Shown one piece after another: positions 51,403-64,000 of a stretch of DNA of 64,000 nucleotides. The notes under the pieces are model-generated. The model searched no databases, was not told the DNA's origin, and worked only from the letters and a program-made list of their open reading frames with translations. Within the stretch, counting starts at the first letter, position 1, and every line of letters starts with the position of its first letter. This DNA comes from Microthyrium microscopicum (taxonomy: Eukaryota), in NCBI GenBank assembly GCA_010405405.1, contig MU004241.1, positions 1,089,359-1,153,358 on the forward strand, read 5' to 3'. The translations under genes were made by a program, and so were the position numbers.

Positions 51403-54318
51403 ATGTCTGTTAACCGTCCAACCGACGTTAAATTCAAGGAACAAGACGTAAACAACAAACTCCAAGCATATGGCATCTATTCTGCTTTTGCTAAAGGCAA
51501 AGCTCCATCAGTAAGTCTCGCGCCCTCGTGGTCATCGCATCCCGAGCGCGAACCCATATTATCTGGCGCATGTTGTTCTGACATCATCGACCCTACAGAA
51601 CAAACAAATAGATGTCGCTCTAAACAGCGCCCTTGCCTCAAAGGCACTCACTTCGCCTCCTGAGAAGCTCTCTGATGAGGGCAAGAAGTTGGTTGGTGAC
51701 GTTCGCGAGGTTATTGAGCAAGCCAAGCTTTTGCTTCTTTCCAAGAACTCGGGAAATCTTCTTCAAGAGTTCATTTGGGAGACCCAGCAAATCACCGCTG
51801 GTGATGCCGCTCTACCTGGTGCGCCTGTTGACAAGGACACTGCCAAACAACACGGCAATGAGGCGCTTGAAGGTCTTCGTACCCTTGGAACGCTAGTCAT
51901 TAGCAACGGCCAATTCCGTAAACTTCGTATGTTCTACCCATTGCCATACTCGCGCCATAGTCTAACTCTCAATAGTCAGCGATGCTGCAATCCTCATGCG
52001 CTCAATGGCTGGTGACGCCGCTACGAACGCCGCGCAAAAGGTCTCCCCTGATGAGGAGAAGCTAGCTCAAATTGATCAGCCAGCCGAAGATAATACATGG
52101 CACGAGGTTCCCGAATTCAACAAGGATCAACTCAAATCCAAGATTCCTTTTGGCAAGAAAGATGTCAAGGACGTTGCCAACGCTGGCACCGCTGCTGCCC
52201 ACCCCGACGGATCCACTGATCCTGCTGATACCGCTAATCTCGCCGCTCATGAGCAACAAACTGGAGAACAAACTGGCATCAATGCCGCTGGTGGTGCCGA
52301 TGCTGCCGGCTCTGCTCTCAACCAGAAACTAGACGAAAAAGCCCCTGAGGCTAAGGGCAAGGTTAAGAACAAGGCCAAGGAATATAATGCCCGCTCCCAG
52401 AATTACCTCAAGGGTAAGATGCCAAAGGAGCGACGAGAGCAAACCATCTGGCGGTTGAAGAAGATGGTAAGAAATCCAACCTGATGATTGGAATTTGTGC
52501 TAACATTTTATCAGATTGTTGAAGTTCAAGGCCATGCTGATTGTATGCGAATCCATCCCCACTAAAAACCAAGGCTTACCAGAATAGATCAACGCGCGAT
52601 CGAAACACTCTTGAACCTTGCAGAGACGTATACCGGTCATACAAAGTCTCTAGCAACACAAGGTCAAGGAACCATCAAAGGTGCCCACACTGACGATAGC
52701 TTGAAAACTGCGGAAGCTAACTTGAAGGTACTATCTAGAATTCCATGCTAAAAGTCTGCCTGCGCTGACAAATCTTAAGACACTCCTCGAGCGCTTTGCC
52801 AATGGCACTAGCTCAGACGATTTCTTCGATTCGCTCAACCAGATTTACCGCGATGCGGATTCTGACCCAGAACTCAAAGGCTGGTTTAAGGACGTTGATG
52901 CGTATATCCGCCGCTGCTTGCTCGAGACTGGTTACATCATCCAAGATCAGAGCAATGATGACTTCAACGCTCTATACGACAAAGGCCAGTATCTGCTCCG
53001 CAACAAATACAAGACCCACACCGATCGAATTTTCGACGAGATCAAGTACTTTGGCAACCAATTCGATGCTGATGCGCAAAACACGGCATTCGGAAATGCT
53101 GTACAGAAGCTCTTCCTTGATCTTGGCAATGACGAGACTGGACGATCCACCTTCAAGCCACATCTTCTTAAGGATGTGACAGAAACAATCTTGCCTCTGG
53201 CTCTTGCAAGTGCCCACTATATTCCAATTCCTCGTTTGGAGTACTCCGATCCAATGGTTGATCTCATTGTTGAGAACTTGATCATCGAATCTGATAACCT
53301 GACCCCCAATGTCTTTGAACTCGGCTCAGACAACCACTTCAAGTGGGGACGTACTTCTGCAAATAAGAGCAGCAACAAGAACAAGGTCATGCTTGCAGTT
53401 TCAGGGGTTCAAATGGATCTCCGCGATGTCAGCTTCTATGTCAACAAGAAGGAAGGTTTCCCAAGCATCAAGGACCAAGGTCTATGCGACATCTTCATGG
53501 GCGGAGATGGTTTCAGCTTCAAGATTGGCATGGAAACCGCTGACAAGACTGACCGAGGTCACTTTTTCAAGGTTAACACTGTCAACGTCGGTGTCAAGAA
53601 CTTCAACATCAAGCTCAAGCAATCCAAGCACAAGTTCTTGTTCGCACTTGTCAAGCCACTCATCCTACGCGCCATGCGACCTGCGCTCCAGAAGGTTCTT
53701 GAGCAAGTCATCAAACAAAAGTTCCACGAACTTGACGGCATTGCTTATGAGATCCACCAAGAAGCTCAAAAGGCTAAGCGTGATGCCAAGGCCAATCCCG
53801 ACCCAGAGAACCTCAAGAACATGTATCAGCAATATTTCTCCGCCGCCCAGCGCCGTATGACCCAGGCCAAGCAAAAGAAGGAGAAGGTCCAAGCGTCCAT
53901 GGAGAAGAAGAAGTTCAACGCCGCCATGACCCAGCATGACTCCATCTTCCCCGACATTACTCTCACGTCTGGCATCTCCACCAAGGCAACCGAGTACAAG
54001 GAACTTGCCGCCAAGGGTGACCGCTGGGAGAGCCCCGTCTTCTCGATTGGCAGCGCCAGTGAGAGCACCAACATCCCCGCCGCACCTCAAGTCACCCGCA
54101 AGAGCATGGGTAAGAGCACCGGTGCCATCGGCGCTACTGGCACTCACAACGGTCCTTTGCAGGACTCCACTTATAACGCTGTATCTAACGGATTTGCCAA
54201 CGGTGCCAACTCCAACGGTGTCAATCACCCTGCTCTTGGAAGCAACGCTGTTGCTGGTCCCGGCGCTCCTGGCTTCGGTGCTCAGGTTGACCGCGCATTC
54301 GACCCTACTAGAGTCTAA
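51403..54318 (+). CDS. HAM1/DUF5923-DUF4449 family protein (BPI-like lipid-binding fold; S. pombe SPAC32A11.02c-like)
   Basis: Multi-exon gene (about 5 introns). MSVNRPTDVKFKEQDVNNKLQAYGIYSAFAKGKAPS|NKQIDVAL, LSDEGKKLV, KMPKERREQTIWRLKKM, YIPIPRLEYSDPMVDLIVENL, WESPVF. Confidence 0.85.
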
Positions 54319-55953
54319 GTTGGCTCTTTGTTTTGAAATGAGTAAAGCAACAGTTGGCAGTTGAACGGCCCTTTGGTATTGTTTGCTGCGGCATTCTAAT
54401 GACCATTAAAAACTTATATCCAGGATTCCCCCTTGTTTGTTCTTTTTCCTATTGCTTTTTGTTCCGATTGTTTTCATGATACCACTTATTCCTTGTTCGT
54501 TTGCTTGTGTTTTTGGCTTGGCGACTTATTGGTCGTGTATGTATCATTACAATGGGGATGTTGAAGGTCGTAATGAGGAGGAACGAAAATTGCTTCGAGT
54601 AGTGTACATCTAAAACAACATGAATCGCTATTGTTTTTGTCAAGACTCTCCTCCATGCGTGATTCCATCTTAATAATGTAGCATCTCTGCCAATGAGTAT
54701 AGCTCCACTGCTTTATATGTTTATGTTCTCGTTCAATTCAGTAGTTGAAATAATGGCGTGCACTAATCAATTCTAATATTTGTGAACAGCTCTGGTAGGA
54801 GGCACATGCTTCATAGCTTACCTTATTAAATAACTTTTCTGATCATTTATACACTCAATAGCAATCAACCACTTGACATAAGAACGTAGCAATATGGAGT
54901 CAGTGAGACTAAAGGATGCAGACCTGTCGTCTTTCTATCGTGCAGCTGCACGCATGCATCAGGCTGAGGCGACAAGGCTGCATCCCGAAACTTCGCCCCA
55001 GACCATTTGAGAAGCAACTTTTTGAATTATTGCAGCGAATTATTGCAGCCTAGATCATGCATCCAAGTCTACTAAAAGACATAATCGACCCAAGTGCAGT
55101 GTTTCGTTCCAAGCACATCACATCGTCGCCCCAGTGTCCCCAACAAACCAGTCAGCTCACCAATTCTTGCAGCCAAACAAGACGAAACATCTAGCAAAGA
55201 ACGATCTATCCCTAGAGTCGAGTTCTGTCTGCCGTTCTATGCCTAGACCGTAGTTCTGGTAGCGATGAAAGCAAGGCTTGAGTGAGTCACCGAAGTCCGT
55301 TGCCACACCGAGGATATAGCCAAGAACGACCGCCGGTTTCGTGTGTAGTGCACAGGCAGACGCGAAGAGAGCGCCTAGTCACATGCAGGCGATGAGTCAG
55401 TTGATAGCATCGGTATGAGGCCGTCGGATGCCTGAGGAATATTCAAAGTTGAGGCTCTGCTGTATCCCAGGTAATGGGGCTGATGTACAAAGTATGCTTT
55501 TGCCAAATAAGCTCTCGGTAAGCGCTGTAACATGAGAGAGACTGGGTTAAGTGAGAAGCATATGATGCAAGCAGAAGAGCATGAATGAGAGTAAATTGTG
55601 ATTCAAAAAGTGGTATTAATAAAGCTTCGTCAACACATCTATATAATCCTACAGAGCCATTGCCAACTTCAATGACAAAACCGTAAAAGGAACATGATAC
55701 TCGTAAACAGCGCCAGGGTATTCCATCCTATATAAAAACCATCGCTAACGATACGAATAGATAAAGAAAGTAGTTTCTGAGGTCCCCAGGGTTATTTTTG
55801 GGTTAATTGGAAATAAATTTTTGGATCTGGTCCAACCAAACAATTTGGTAATTCCGATTAGAGAAGACAGTATTCTCGTCCAGTAATTGGGAGAGATGGG
55901 AGTGCAAGATTTCTGAGCACAGAGAGGTGAAGTTGAGCAACTCGGACTGGTAT

Positions 55954-57524
55954 TCAATCATCGCTCATTCTAGTATCAACGGCGCATCTGTAAACTATTA
56001 GTTTGAGGGCCTGTAATGACTCGCTAGGGGACCTTACGCGCCAGAAACTAGATGACTTCCAAGGTCTGATTCCAGTCGACTTATTCTGGTCGCAAGTCGA
56101 TTGTAGTCTTCTTGCAGTTGCTGGTTTTGCTTTAGTAGCCAGTTGTTGCTTTCTTGAAGTCGTTTCATGGCAGACTTGACTTCGAGATCGCCATCAATGT
56201 GATCTACAATCCCATTTCCGTTGGTGATTTGAGTTCGCCGTCGCTTCAAGTTTGGCTGCGCTATTGGCGAGTCGACGTTAGGATCAAGATTCTCGTTGAT
56301 CTCTTCGGCAACTTCTTGCGTTGCCAATAGAGCGCTTTGAAGCAAAGGATCGGTGGATTCCATGGTATCTCTGTCGCGTTTGCCTATGGAGAGTGTATCC
56401 GTACCGTCCGTTGCTCGGCGATGAACTCGACGGATGTGCTCGTCGCGATTTTCCTTACGCGTGAAGCCTTGGCCTTGGTTGCGTTTGCAATTAGGGAAAG
56501 GGCAGTAAAGAGGTTCTTTGGTTCCACCATGCATCTTATGCACTTCACGTTGATGTCGTAGTAGTCCTCCAGAGTATGTAAACCCTTGAAGCTTTTCACA
56601 ACCGGGCTCGGCGCATTTGTATGGCCGTTCGTGCTTATCCATATGTTTGCTAGAAGATGGTCAGTAAGGGATGCATTTCATCTAGAATGATATAGCTTAC
56701 CTCCATTCACATTTGCGATCAAAGGTCAAGCCGGCGCATGTGTTCTGAAACCGACATGTTATCTTCCCTAAATCATTCCGAGGCGGCTCCTCCGGGCGCT
56801 TATGTGTATGTCCGCGTCGCGGTGTAAATGGATCCTGCGACTCCCCATCGAGAGCATCCTCCAGTCTTGAATCCGAGTCGACAGACGCTCCAAGTCCAAC
56901 TACAGCGGCAGCAGCCGAGGCAGCGAGAGCGTCTTCATTCATGTCGGAATGGTTGTGGTAAGGACTTGAAGGGTAGAACGCGCCACCTGGCGGTTCACCT
57001 GAAATTGGAGCCTGCACGGCGAAGGATTGCTGGGGCACACGGTATGAACCTGTACCAAGTGATGGTGAGAACCCAGAAGACGATGAGTGATCCCAGCTGT
57101 TGTAGCCTTGGGAGGACGCGGTATAGGACGGATTGCCGTACACAAATGCTGATTACGTGTCAGCGACGGACAGGGGAAGGTGAGCCAACAGCAAAGCTGA
57201 GAACCGAGCAGGTAGCATGGAGGTATGATATATTTACTTACAGTACTGATTCGTATGCGAGTATGGATGGGTGCTAGGCAGCTCTTGATATGTTGCCTGA
57301 AGATGAGAGGAGACCTGAGGTGGCAACAATGAATGCGAGCGGGAGCTGGCGGCTGCAGCGTTTTGCAGGCTTGGCAGGTCAAGCTCAAATCGAGCATCCA
57401 TAGTTCCGTTTCCGAATGACAGGGGCGCCGGTTGGCCGATCTTGCCGACCACGCTCCGAGTCTGCCGAGTTTCAACTCCATATCCATCTAGCGATTGACT
57501 CTTTTCCATTTTCAGTATCTTCAT
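55954..57524 (-). CDS. C2H2 zinc-finger transcription factor with a C-terminal coiled coil
   Basis: Introns 57241-57149 and 56700-56650, plus a probable last intron 56037-55988 (stop at 56034 if retained). Three fingers: CRFQNTC…CEWSKHMDKH, RPYKCAEPGC…LLRHQREVH, CPFPNC…EHIRRVH. Start uncertain (57524, 57509 or 57401). Confidence 0.9.
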
Positions 57525-58458
57525 CTTCTTTTTGTCGGTAGATTTTCGGTGCAACAATGTGGTGCTATGCGGACCTGCTGTTGACTTTTTTTTCTCGCTC
57601 GACTCAGGTCAACTAAGGAGTCCTTTGGCGGCTTCGTGCTGCCACAAATTCGACAAATAGTGGAGTGTTAAAGAGCAAGACTACGAGCTCCAAATTATCC
57701 AGAGGATTCCTTAGGCAATGTGGCATATATTCTAACACGCGGAAGGAGTTGTGCTGATATCCTGGGCATTCACTTCTGCTGCAATCCATGGGGACTTGCT
57801 GTTGTTGGACTGGCTTGTCTCTATGCTCTTTCTCTAGTGAGTATCTGCATTCGCCATTCTTGCCATACTCTCTTCTCCTTTAATCATAGAGACAGGAGAA
57901 TGGTAAGGTTTTGGTGAAGCTTTAGAGTAAGCATATTGGCAAGCATTCTCTTGCCTGATTCTTGCGTTGATTGAGGTGATTTACCTGCTGAGGCGGTAGC
58001 CTTCGAAGGATAGCTTGGTCCCCATTGTGGACAGGACACTTAGGTTGAAACTGGGTGTAGAAGGAAAGTAGTGATGATTTCACGATTCCAATTGTAGTGA
58101 TAATCCGCTTCTAGTAGCAGGGTAGGAGCATTTGAAACTGGCTCCTTCCTAGGTGACTTGAGATTCGGTGCTCCTTACTGCATCTCATCACGACTACTAC
58201 TGGAAAGGGGAAGTGGGACAGCGCTTAGCTGCAGCATTGATGAGTCGTGTGGTCTCTTCCTTTCGTTTCGAGACGCTCCCCTCGCTTTTATATCGATATG
58301 AGTGTCTTCAGGCACGCGGACAGATGGAGACTAGAATGTAGGAGAGTCGACCGCTATCAAAAAGTAGATGGAGAAAGAAGATCAGAGCAACATGCGCAAA
58401 GCAACTACCGCCTCAGCTAAATTTGTCCCCAACGGCCAAAACTACCGAGCTCCTGAAC

Positions 58459-59180
58459 ATGATGCGGTTTGAGTGTCTCGACGGCGGCAAGGCGCTCGCC
58501 GAGTTCTGGGTAATCTAAACTTTACATCGTGTCTCTCTTGATTGTTACCTAGTTAGGTGGCTAACTTGGGCAAGGCAATCTTTCCCAAGATCCCACCGTC
58601 CGTCGCAGCTCGCTTGACGGCTGCCGAGTTCACCTCCCTTGGTTTCGCTCTCCAGGAGGGAGGTAGGTCCATTCCATGGCACCAACTTCGTCTAGTTGTT
58701 GGTGTATGGATAGGCCAGGGCTCACCTGAATATGATACTACCGAAACACGTAAACAGCGACTGGAAAGCGTCTTTGCGACAGTCGATATCACTGTCGCAG
58801 ACGGCAAGCTGTCAGAGGTCAAAGATAGCTCAGACATATTGGTCCAGTGCCTTCGGGAGATATACCGTGCGCTCAAAGTTCACGAGAGAAGCGCCAAAAT
58901 GGCGATGGACCGCGTAAAGGGCATGGCGGGAGACATCGCAGTTGGCGAGACATTGGAAGAGAGTTTCGCTGCCATGGGCCTTAGTCCTGACAGCGACTCC
59001 ACTATGGCATGGGCGTCTCAAAGCCTAAACCTCCTCGTAGGCAACAATGAAGCTTGTCAAGGGGAGTGGCAACAACTCTACCTCTTTGACAAAAGTGACT
59101 ACCATGGTCAACGAGTTGTTGGATTCACTGCTGTGGGAAGGGAGCCGAAGCTCGTGAAGACGAAGGCAATGACTACCTAA
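58459..59180 (+). CDS. Hypothetical protein (5' end uncertain)
   Basis: 207-codon open frame 58557-59180, preceded by a plausible intron 58510-58556 and an in-frame exon (MMRFECLDGGKALAEFW). No family recognised. Confidence 0.5.
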
Positions 59181-59335
59181 CCTAGGTCTGAGTATCGAGG
59201 TAAACGTTCCTTCTGACATGATCTATTGGGTGAGATCTTATGTCCCAACAGGGAAGCTTGCATGTTGGATTGATGTCCTTATATTCCTTAAGATCTAATT
59301 CGGCTGCGCCTCCTACTTTCAGCACTTTTAAACGG

Positions 59336-59861
59336 CTAGAAGGCATTCTTTCCATCGAATTTTCGTTTCTTGATATCGGAAACATCTACATCATGAAGTG
59401 TCCGAATCTGTCAGGACAAGTCAGTAAACCAACAAATAACTCGTAAACTCAACACATACATTGACGCCTCGTAGTCCGACTAATCCTGGAAACTGAGCAA
59501 TGGCAAAAACGCTGGTTCCGCATCTCGGACAGAAGCAATGTGCGTTCATCTTGCTGTTGAATCGGTATTGCTATAACTATTGTTAGTATCCATATGAGGT
59601 GGGTGAGATATTCTTTAGCCCTACTGTGAGGCTATCGTCGTTTCCAGTTTCATAAATGAAATCTTCCGGACGAATGTATATGAGAGCATAGCCGTTGATC
59701 GAGCAAATTGAGCAGTTACATTCTGTAGCTACATTCTCTCTCAGGTCGCCATGCGTGACTTTGTACTGGATGGCTTTGCAGTGACAAGAGCCAGCGTAGG
59801 TTACGCGCTCTCCATGCTGTTTCGGTGGAAATTCGCTATTTTTCTGCGGCTCAGTAGTCAT
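59336..59861 (-). CDS. GFA/CENP-V (Mss4-like) zinc-binding protein
   Basis: GSCHCKAIQY, CNCSICSING; introns 59624-59571 and 59459-59408; HCFCPRCGTS, GVN|IRTL…FDGK*. Confidence 0.9.
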
Positions 59862-60476
59862 TCTGTATTCAAGAATTGGTGTTTAAGCTCTCGGAAAAAT
59901 TAAGACCAGCCTTAGAATTGTGTTCAAGGCTTAAAGAGATTACGTGGACAAAGTCAGCTTTCAAAGAAGTGATTATCGCGGGGCATCTTGTTACTTCTGT
60001 GATCATTCGGTACAACTCGAAGAACAAGCCCCTTGTCTATTCACAGAAATCAAATCATCATATTATCTCAAATGTCGTAGCTTCCAAAGCGGTGGAGGCG
60101 GTGGGGGAGCCTTGCCTGGTCCTACTCTATGCGCCCATGCTCTTCAGCTCAATTGATGCATCAATCTTTTTGATTTATTCAGGACAAAATGAGACTTCCA
60201 CAAGTAGAAGTTGTGCGTTCAATTATTCAAGTCACACGAAGCACGCAACCTGCAAAATTGAACTGCTTTCTGGAGTCGCAAGTATCGTGAAATTTTGATA
60301 TCTTTATCTCCACACTGCAGTCTTCGTACAGTTCCAACGACGTTAGTCCAATACTCAATCCAGACGCCAAACAGATGCATTCAAAAACCCAAAATCCAAG
60401 TTACTCATCCTGAGCATGTGGCACCATAACCTCGAATGATCCTGTATGTAAAACTTGCGAAACATTTCTTTTACCT

Positions 60477-62292
60477 TCAATGCTTGCCAACAAGACCCTT
60501 TCGTTCTTCAGAGTCCTCGTCATCGCTCCACTTGTCATCGTCCTCTCCTACTGCAAAGATGGTCTCTCCGTCAAGTGAAGCTCTGGGCAGACTTGCTGGT
60601 CTTTGCGGCTTAGGCGCTGGGAGAGGTGAGACTGACCGATGATGCTGAGTCGCAGCAGCGTGTGGAATTAGATTGCCGTCATGAGTGCCAGTGCTGGATG
60701 GTCCACTATCTGGCGGAGTAATCTTGGAATTGCCTTGTTCGAGATCGGAATCGTCGAGTGAGTCACGCATACTACGGATCTCAAAGCCATCGTCATCTTG
60801 AGAAATCTAAAGTCCTGTTAGTTACTAAACCACTTTATCGTAACAATCATGCTTACCTCATCACTCATCGCGAATCGCCGGTTGTTTGGTGTTGGTCGCC
60901 ATAGATATGCAATAAACGCCACGTCGGTAAGGTAAACAAGATTCAGCCAGCCATCAAGGACAAACCAGCGGGTTCGCCAGTGAGTTGGGGCAAAGTCGTC
61001 GTTTCCAACGCTGACAAACGTAAATGAGTTGAAAAAGAAGAAACCAAATATGACGACAATCGTGGTCAAGATACACCACCAAAGCTTGCGGTACATGCCA
61101 GCTTTGACGTGTTGCTTTCTCTCCGTGAGATCCTTCATGGTCAAGTTGAGCGAGTTCAGGGTCCAAATGTAGAAAGCCGTCAGAGTGCTGGACAGAGGCA
61201 GGATAACAAGAAGAACGAGTATGCCGGCGTCTTCTGGGTGAATATTCATGCTGGCGATTGTGTAAATAACGCCGAAGGCGAAATGAGCGCCTGCAAGAAT
61301 CCGAACGTAGGTCATTGTTTTTCCAAGCGTTGGTTTAACGACACCGTAGCCCATGCATACAATCAGTAGGAGGAAGAATGAGAACGAGTTCCGAGCAGCA
61401 TTCAGAATGGCAACGATAATCATGAAAGCTTTTGTGCCAACGCTTGAGCCATGAACGTTCTCGTAATCATAGTAACCCCAGGTCAGAAGCATCTCCACGA
61501 CTAAGAATATGAGGATTGCGGTGATGTAATTTTGGACCGGGAGGATGTCGTGACGGTTTTGAACGTATAAGAAGCCCCAGAAAATGCCCATCACAGCGTA
61601 AACGAGTGTAATGCCTCCGTAGAATGGTAGTTTGGCAATCTGTGATGCGGCGAGTTCACCATAGGCATTGCGAAATTCAACAACAGCCTTGTATTCCACC
61701 CCTTCTGTACCAGGGTCGGTTGCGATGCAGTAGTAGCCCGTGTTCTTGACTTCGTATTTAATAGGTTTAGGATCGCTTAATGGAACGCCTTTGGTAGCAA
61801 TGGGATTCTTTGCCTTTTCGGTGGCGTTGGCAGCGAGCAGGTATTCTCCTATTTCTGTTTGATTGCATAGTTGCCGCGCAATGGTTTGTTCGTCGCATTT
61901 CCATAGGCGCTACAAATCGTGTCAGTTCTTGTCGTGATCAGCTAAAGCGTTGGGAGAATATTAGTACGTACCATTTCCGGATGATCTGGGTCAGTCTGGC
62001 CGATCAAGTTGAGGTCTTTCCACTCGTACATAAGTAAACTAGCCATCTTGTCGCTGCCTTCTTGTTTTTCGAAAGTGACAAGTATATATGGATCTACCTC
62101 TCCACCCCATGATTCTTTACTGTACATTCCGGAACATCGTTGCTGGTCTGCTTCTTTTGAGCTCTGCGGACACCTGTCAGTTCAATCTATCCTCGCCGCA
62201 ATCCCAAGAGCTGATCGTACCAGAGCTACTTCTGCAGCGCTTATGAGATTCGCCAGCGAGGCCAAAACTGTGAGTATCGACCATTTCTTCAT
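60477..62292 (-). CDS. PTM1: PTM1 / lung seven-transmembrane (GPR107/TMEM87/GOST) family membrane protein
   Basis: Signal peptide MKKWSILTVLASLANLISA; CSGMYSKESWGG, TGYYC, FRNAYGELAA, DILPVQNYI, CMGYGVVKP, WFVLDGW, LWRPT…RFAMSDE|ISQDDDGFEI; several introns. Confidence 0.92.
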
Positions 62293-62741
62293 TGTGTATG
62301 TGCTTGCCGTTCAACGGCGGAGGATGCGTAATGGTCCAGTCTCCGCAGTAGGGTGTAGGCTGCAGAATCCAGATAGAGCGTTGGGAGGGCGAGAGGCCGG
62401 TCCGTCGATTCTTGTAGGACAGAACTATGTGGGCGTCTGTCTTGTAGCGAAGGCGACTAAGGAAAAGGGTGATGAGGTTGGTAGTGTTAAGCTAGAAGTG
62501 AAACTGAACATTTACCAAGAGTTCACTCTGATGCCGAGTCGCATGCGCAAGCTTCAGCCAAGTGTAACCAAAATAGCCAAGCGTCGACCCGCCAAGTGTC
62601 CACTAAACCACGAAGAGCACTCTACACCCCTTACATAAGCGAGTCAATCTTCATCTTCAATACTTTATGTCCAATTTTCACTCGTCAGTACCAATCTTGC
62701 CACTTCTCGAATCAGGACTTGTTTCTCTGCGCAGTTTCGAA

Positions 62742-63851
62742 ATGACCACCAACGGTCTCTCTCGACCGTGTAAACGCTGCAACGCCCATGAGGCCGCGCT
62801 TGTTGTTCGCAACGAGCCGCTATGCAGGTCGTGTTTCACCATCTACATCAACACTAAAATAATCAAACGCATGGAAGCTTTTAGGACACGTAACTCCGCT
62901 GAAGGCCACCGACGAAAGTTACTTTTGCCAATATCCTTTGGTGTATCCTCTACATGCCTGCTGGACGTCCTTAGTCGACATATCAAGCAACAGCAAGATC
63001 GCAACGGACGACCGGGCTATAGTCTGATTCTCCTTCATGTAACAGGGGCCTCACTAAGCACGTCAGCTGGAGAAGAGGACAAAAATATTGAGAAGCTTAA
63101 AGAAGCTTATCCCCAGCATCCTTACTTCGAACTTGATCTATCCAGTGTCTATGACTCGGGACGGTCACTGGACCAAGGAAGTCAGGAAGAGGCGGCTTTC
63201 AAGTTGCAGAGACTTTTAGACAGTGCATCTTCTGCAACGTCAAGATCTGATATTGTATCTGTTCTTCTCACGAGAGCGATTGTCAAGTTCGCCATAGCCC
63301 ACGAGTGCGAAGGCATCCTTTGGGGTGACAGCACCACGAAACTAGCCGAAAAGATTCTTGCTGAATCTGCAAAAGGTCGTGGATTCTCACTTCCCTGGCA
63401 GGTCACAGACGGTGAGACCCCGTATGGCATCAATTTCTATTTTCCTGTTCGCGAGGTTCTGAAGAAGGAACTGTTAGATTTTGCCAAAATGACAGATTCA
63501 CGATTGGTTGACTTGATCTCGGACGAAGCCTTTACTCCTGCTCAAGCCCCAGTAAGCTCCAAAAACACAACCATTGATCTACTCATGAAGCAATACTTCG
63601 AGTCTGTCGAAGAGAGTTATCCAAGCATTGTTTCCAATGTGGTGCGCACGAGTACCAAGTTGCAGCCTTCCGTGGTTGGTCTAAGACGTTGCAAATTGTG
63701 CACTCATCCTGTCACCAAGGAGCAACTTGGTATAGAGAGCTGGGAAGGGACACAGGATTCGGAGAAAGATCCTTCAGGTGATAAACTAGAGCTGTGCTAT
63801 GGGTGCTCAAGGACGATACCGGAATCAGCCATCCCTCTTCTTCCAAGATAA
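62742..63851 (+). CDS. NCS2: Cytoplasmic tRNA 2-thiolation protein 2
   Basis: CKRC…LCRSCF, LLPISFGVSS (degenerate PP-loop), WGDSTTKLAEKILAESAKGRGFSLP, YPSIVSNVVRTSTKL, CKLC, LCYGC. The ORF is open from 62667. Confidence 0.93.
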   Translation: MTTNGLSRPCKRCNAHEAALVVRNEPLCRSCFTIYINTKIIKRMEAFRTRNSAEGHRRKLLLPISFGVSSTCLLDVLSRHIKQQQDRNGRPGYSLILLHVTGASLSTSAGEEDKNIEKLKEAYPQHPYFELDLSSVYDSGRSLDQGSQEEAAFKLQRLLDSASSATSRSDIVSVLLTRAIVKFAIAHECEGILWGDSTTKLAEKILAESAKGRGFSLPWQVTDGETPYGINFYFPVREVLKKELLDFAKMTDSRLVDLISDEAFTPAQAPVSSKNTTIDLLMKQYFESVEESYPSIVSNVVRTSTKLQPSVVGLRRCKLCTHPVTKEQLGIESWEGTQDSEKDPSGDKLELCYGCSRTIPESAIPLLPR

Positions 63852-64000
63852 TGATCTTAGCATGAGAACAAAGTAAAAGTATCAATCAAGATTTGTTGCA
63901 TGAACAAAGCAGGTATTTTGGTCATTTGTGCGATTGGCATTACATGAAATCGTTATTTATACAATTTTTGTCCCCCGAAGCGTCAGCCAACCTGTAACTT

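Noticed and set aside
1..64000. tRNA, rRNA, snoRNA or CRISPR features
   Set aside because: No convincing cloverleaf, rRNA segment or spaced repeat array seen by eye; tRNAscan-SE and Infernal/Rfam would be needed to exclude small RNAs.

Overview
Gene-dense genomic DNA from a filamentous ascomycete (Pezizomycotina): short GT-AG introns with CTAAC/CTGAC-type branch sites, plus repeat-induced point mutation (RIP). About 24 protein-coding genes are supported. Conserved genes include SGT1/ecdysoneless (partial), Pcp1/pericentrin, a Saf1-like F-box/RCC1 protein, RNR2, phosducin-like protein, G-protein beta, DOT1, a HAM1/DUF4449-like protein, a C2H2 factor, PTM1 and NCS2/CTU2. Accessory genes include an MFS transporter, a kinase-like protein, acyltransferase-3, a GT8 glycosyltransferase, an SDR, an epoxide hydrolase, a GFA/CENP-V protein and two secreted proteins. 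A complete, heavily RIP-mutated Ty1/Copia LTR retrotransposon occupies 38310-45623, with 295-bp LTRs and a CAATG target-site duplication. It has split a PHD-finger gene whose zinc-ligand codons carry RIP-type changes. Other structure: a secreted protein with a PHM/DBH-like copper-ligand pattern, a divergent acyltransferase-3/GT8 pair, a kinase-like gene bracketed by interleaved direct repeats between the phosducin and G-beta genes, a MITE-like inverted repeat, and MCB motifs in both the promoter and introns of RNR2. All calls are by-eye readings; no database searches were run.
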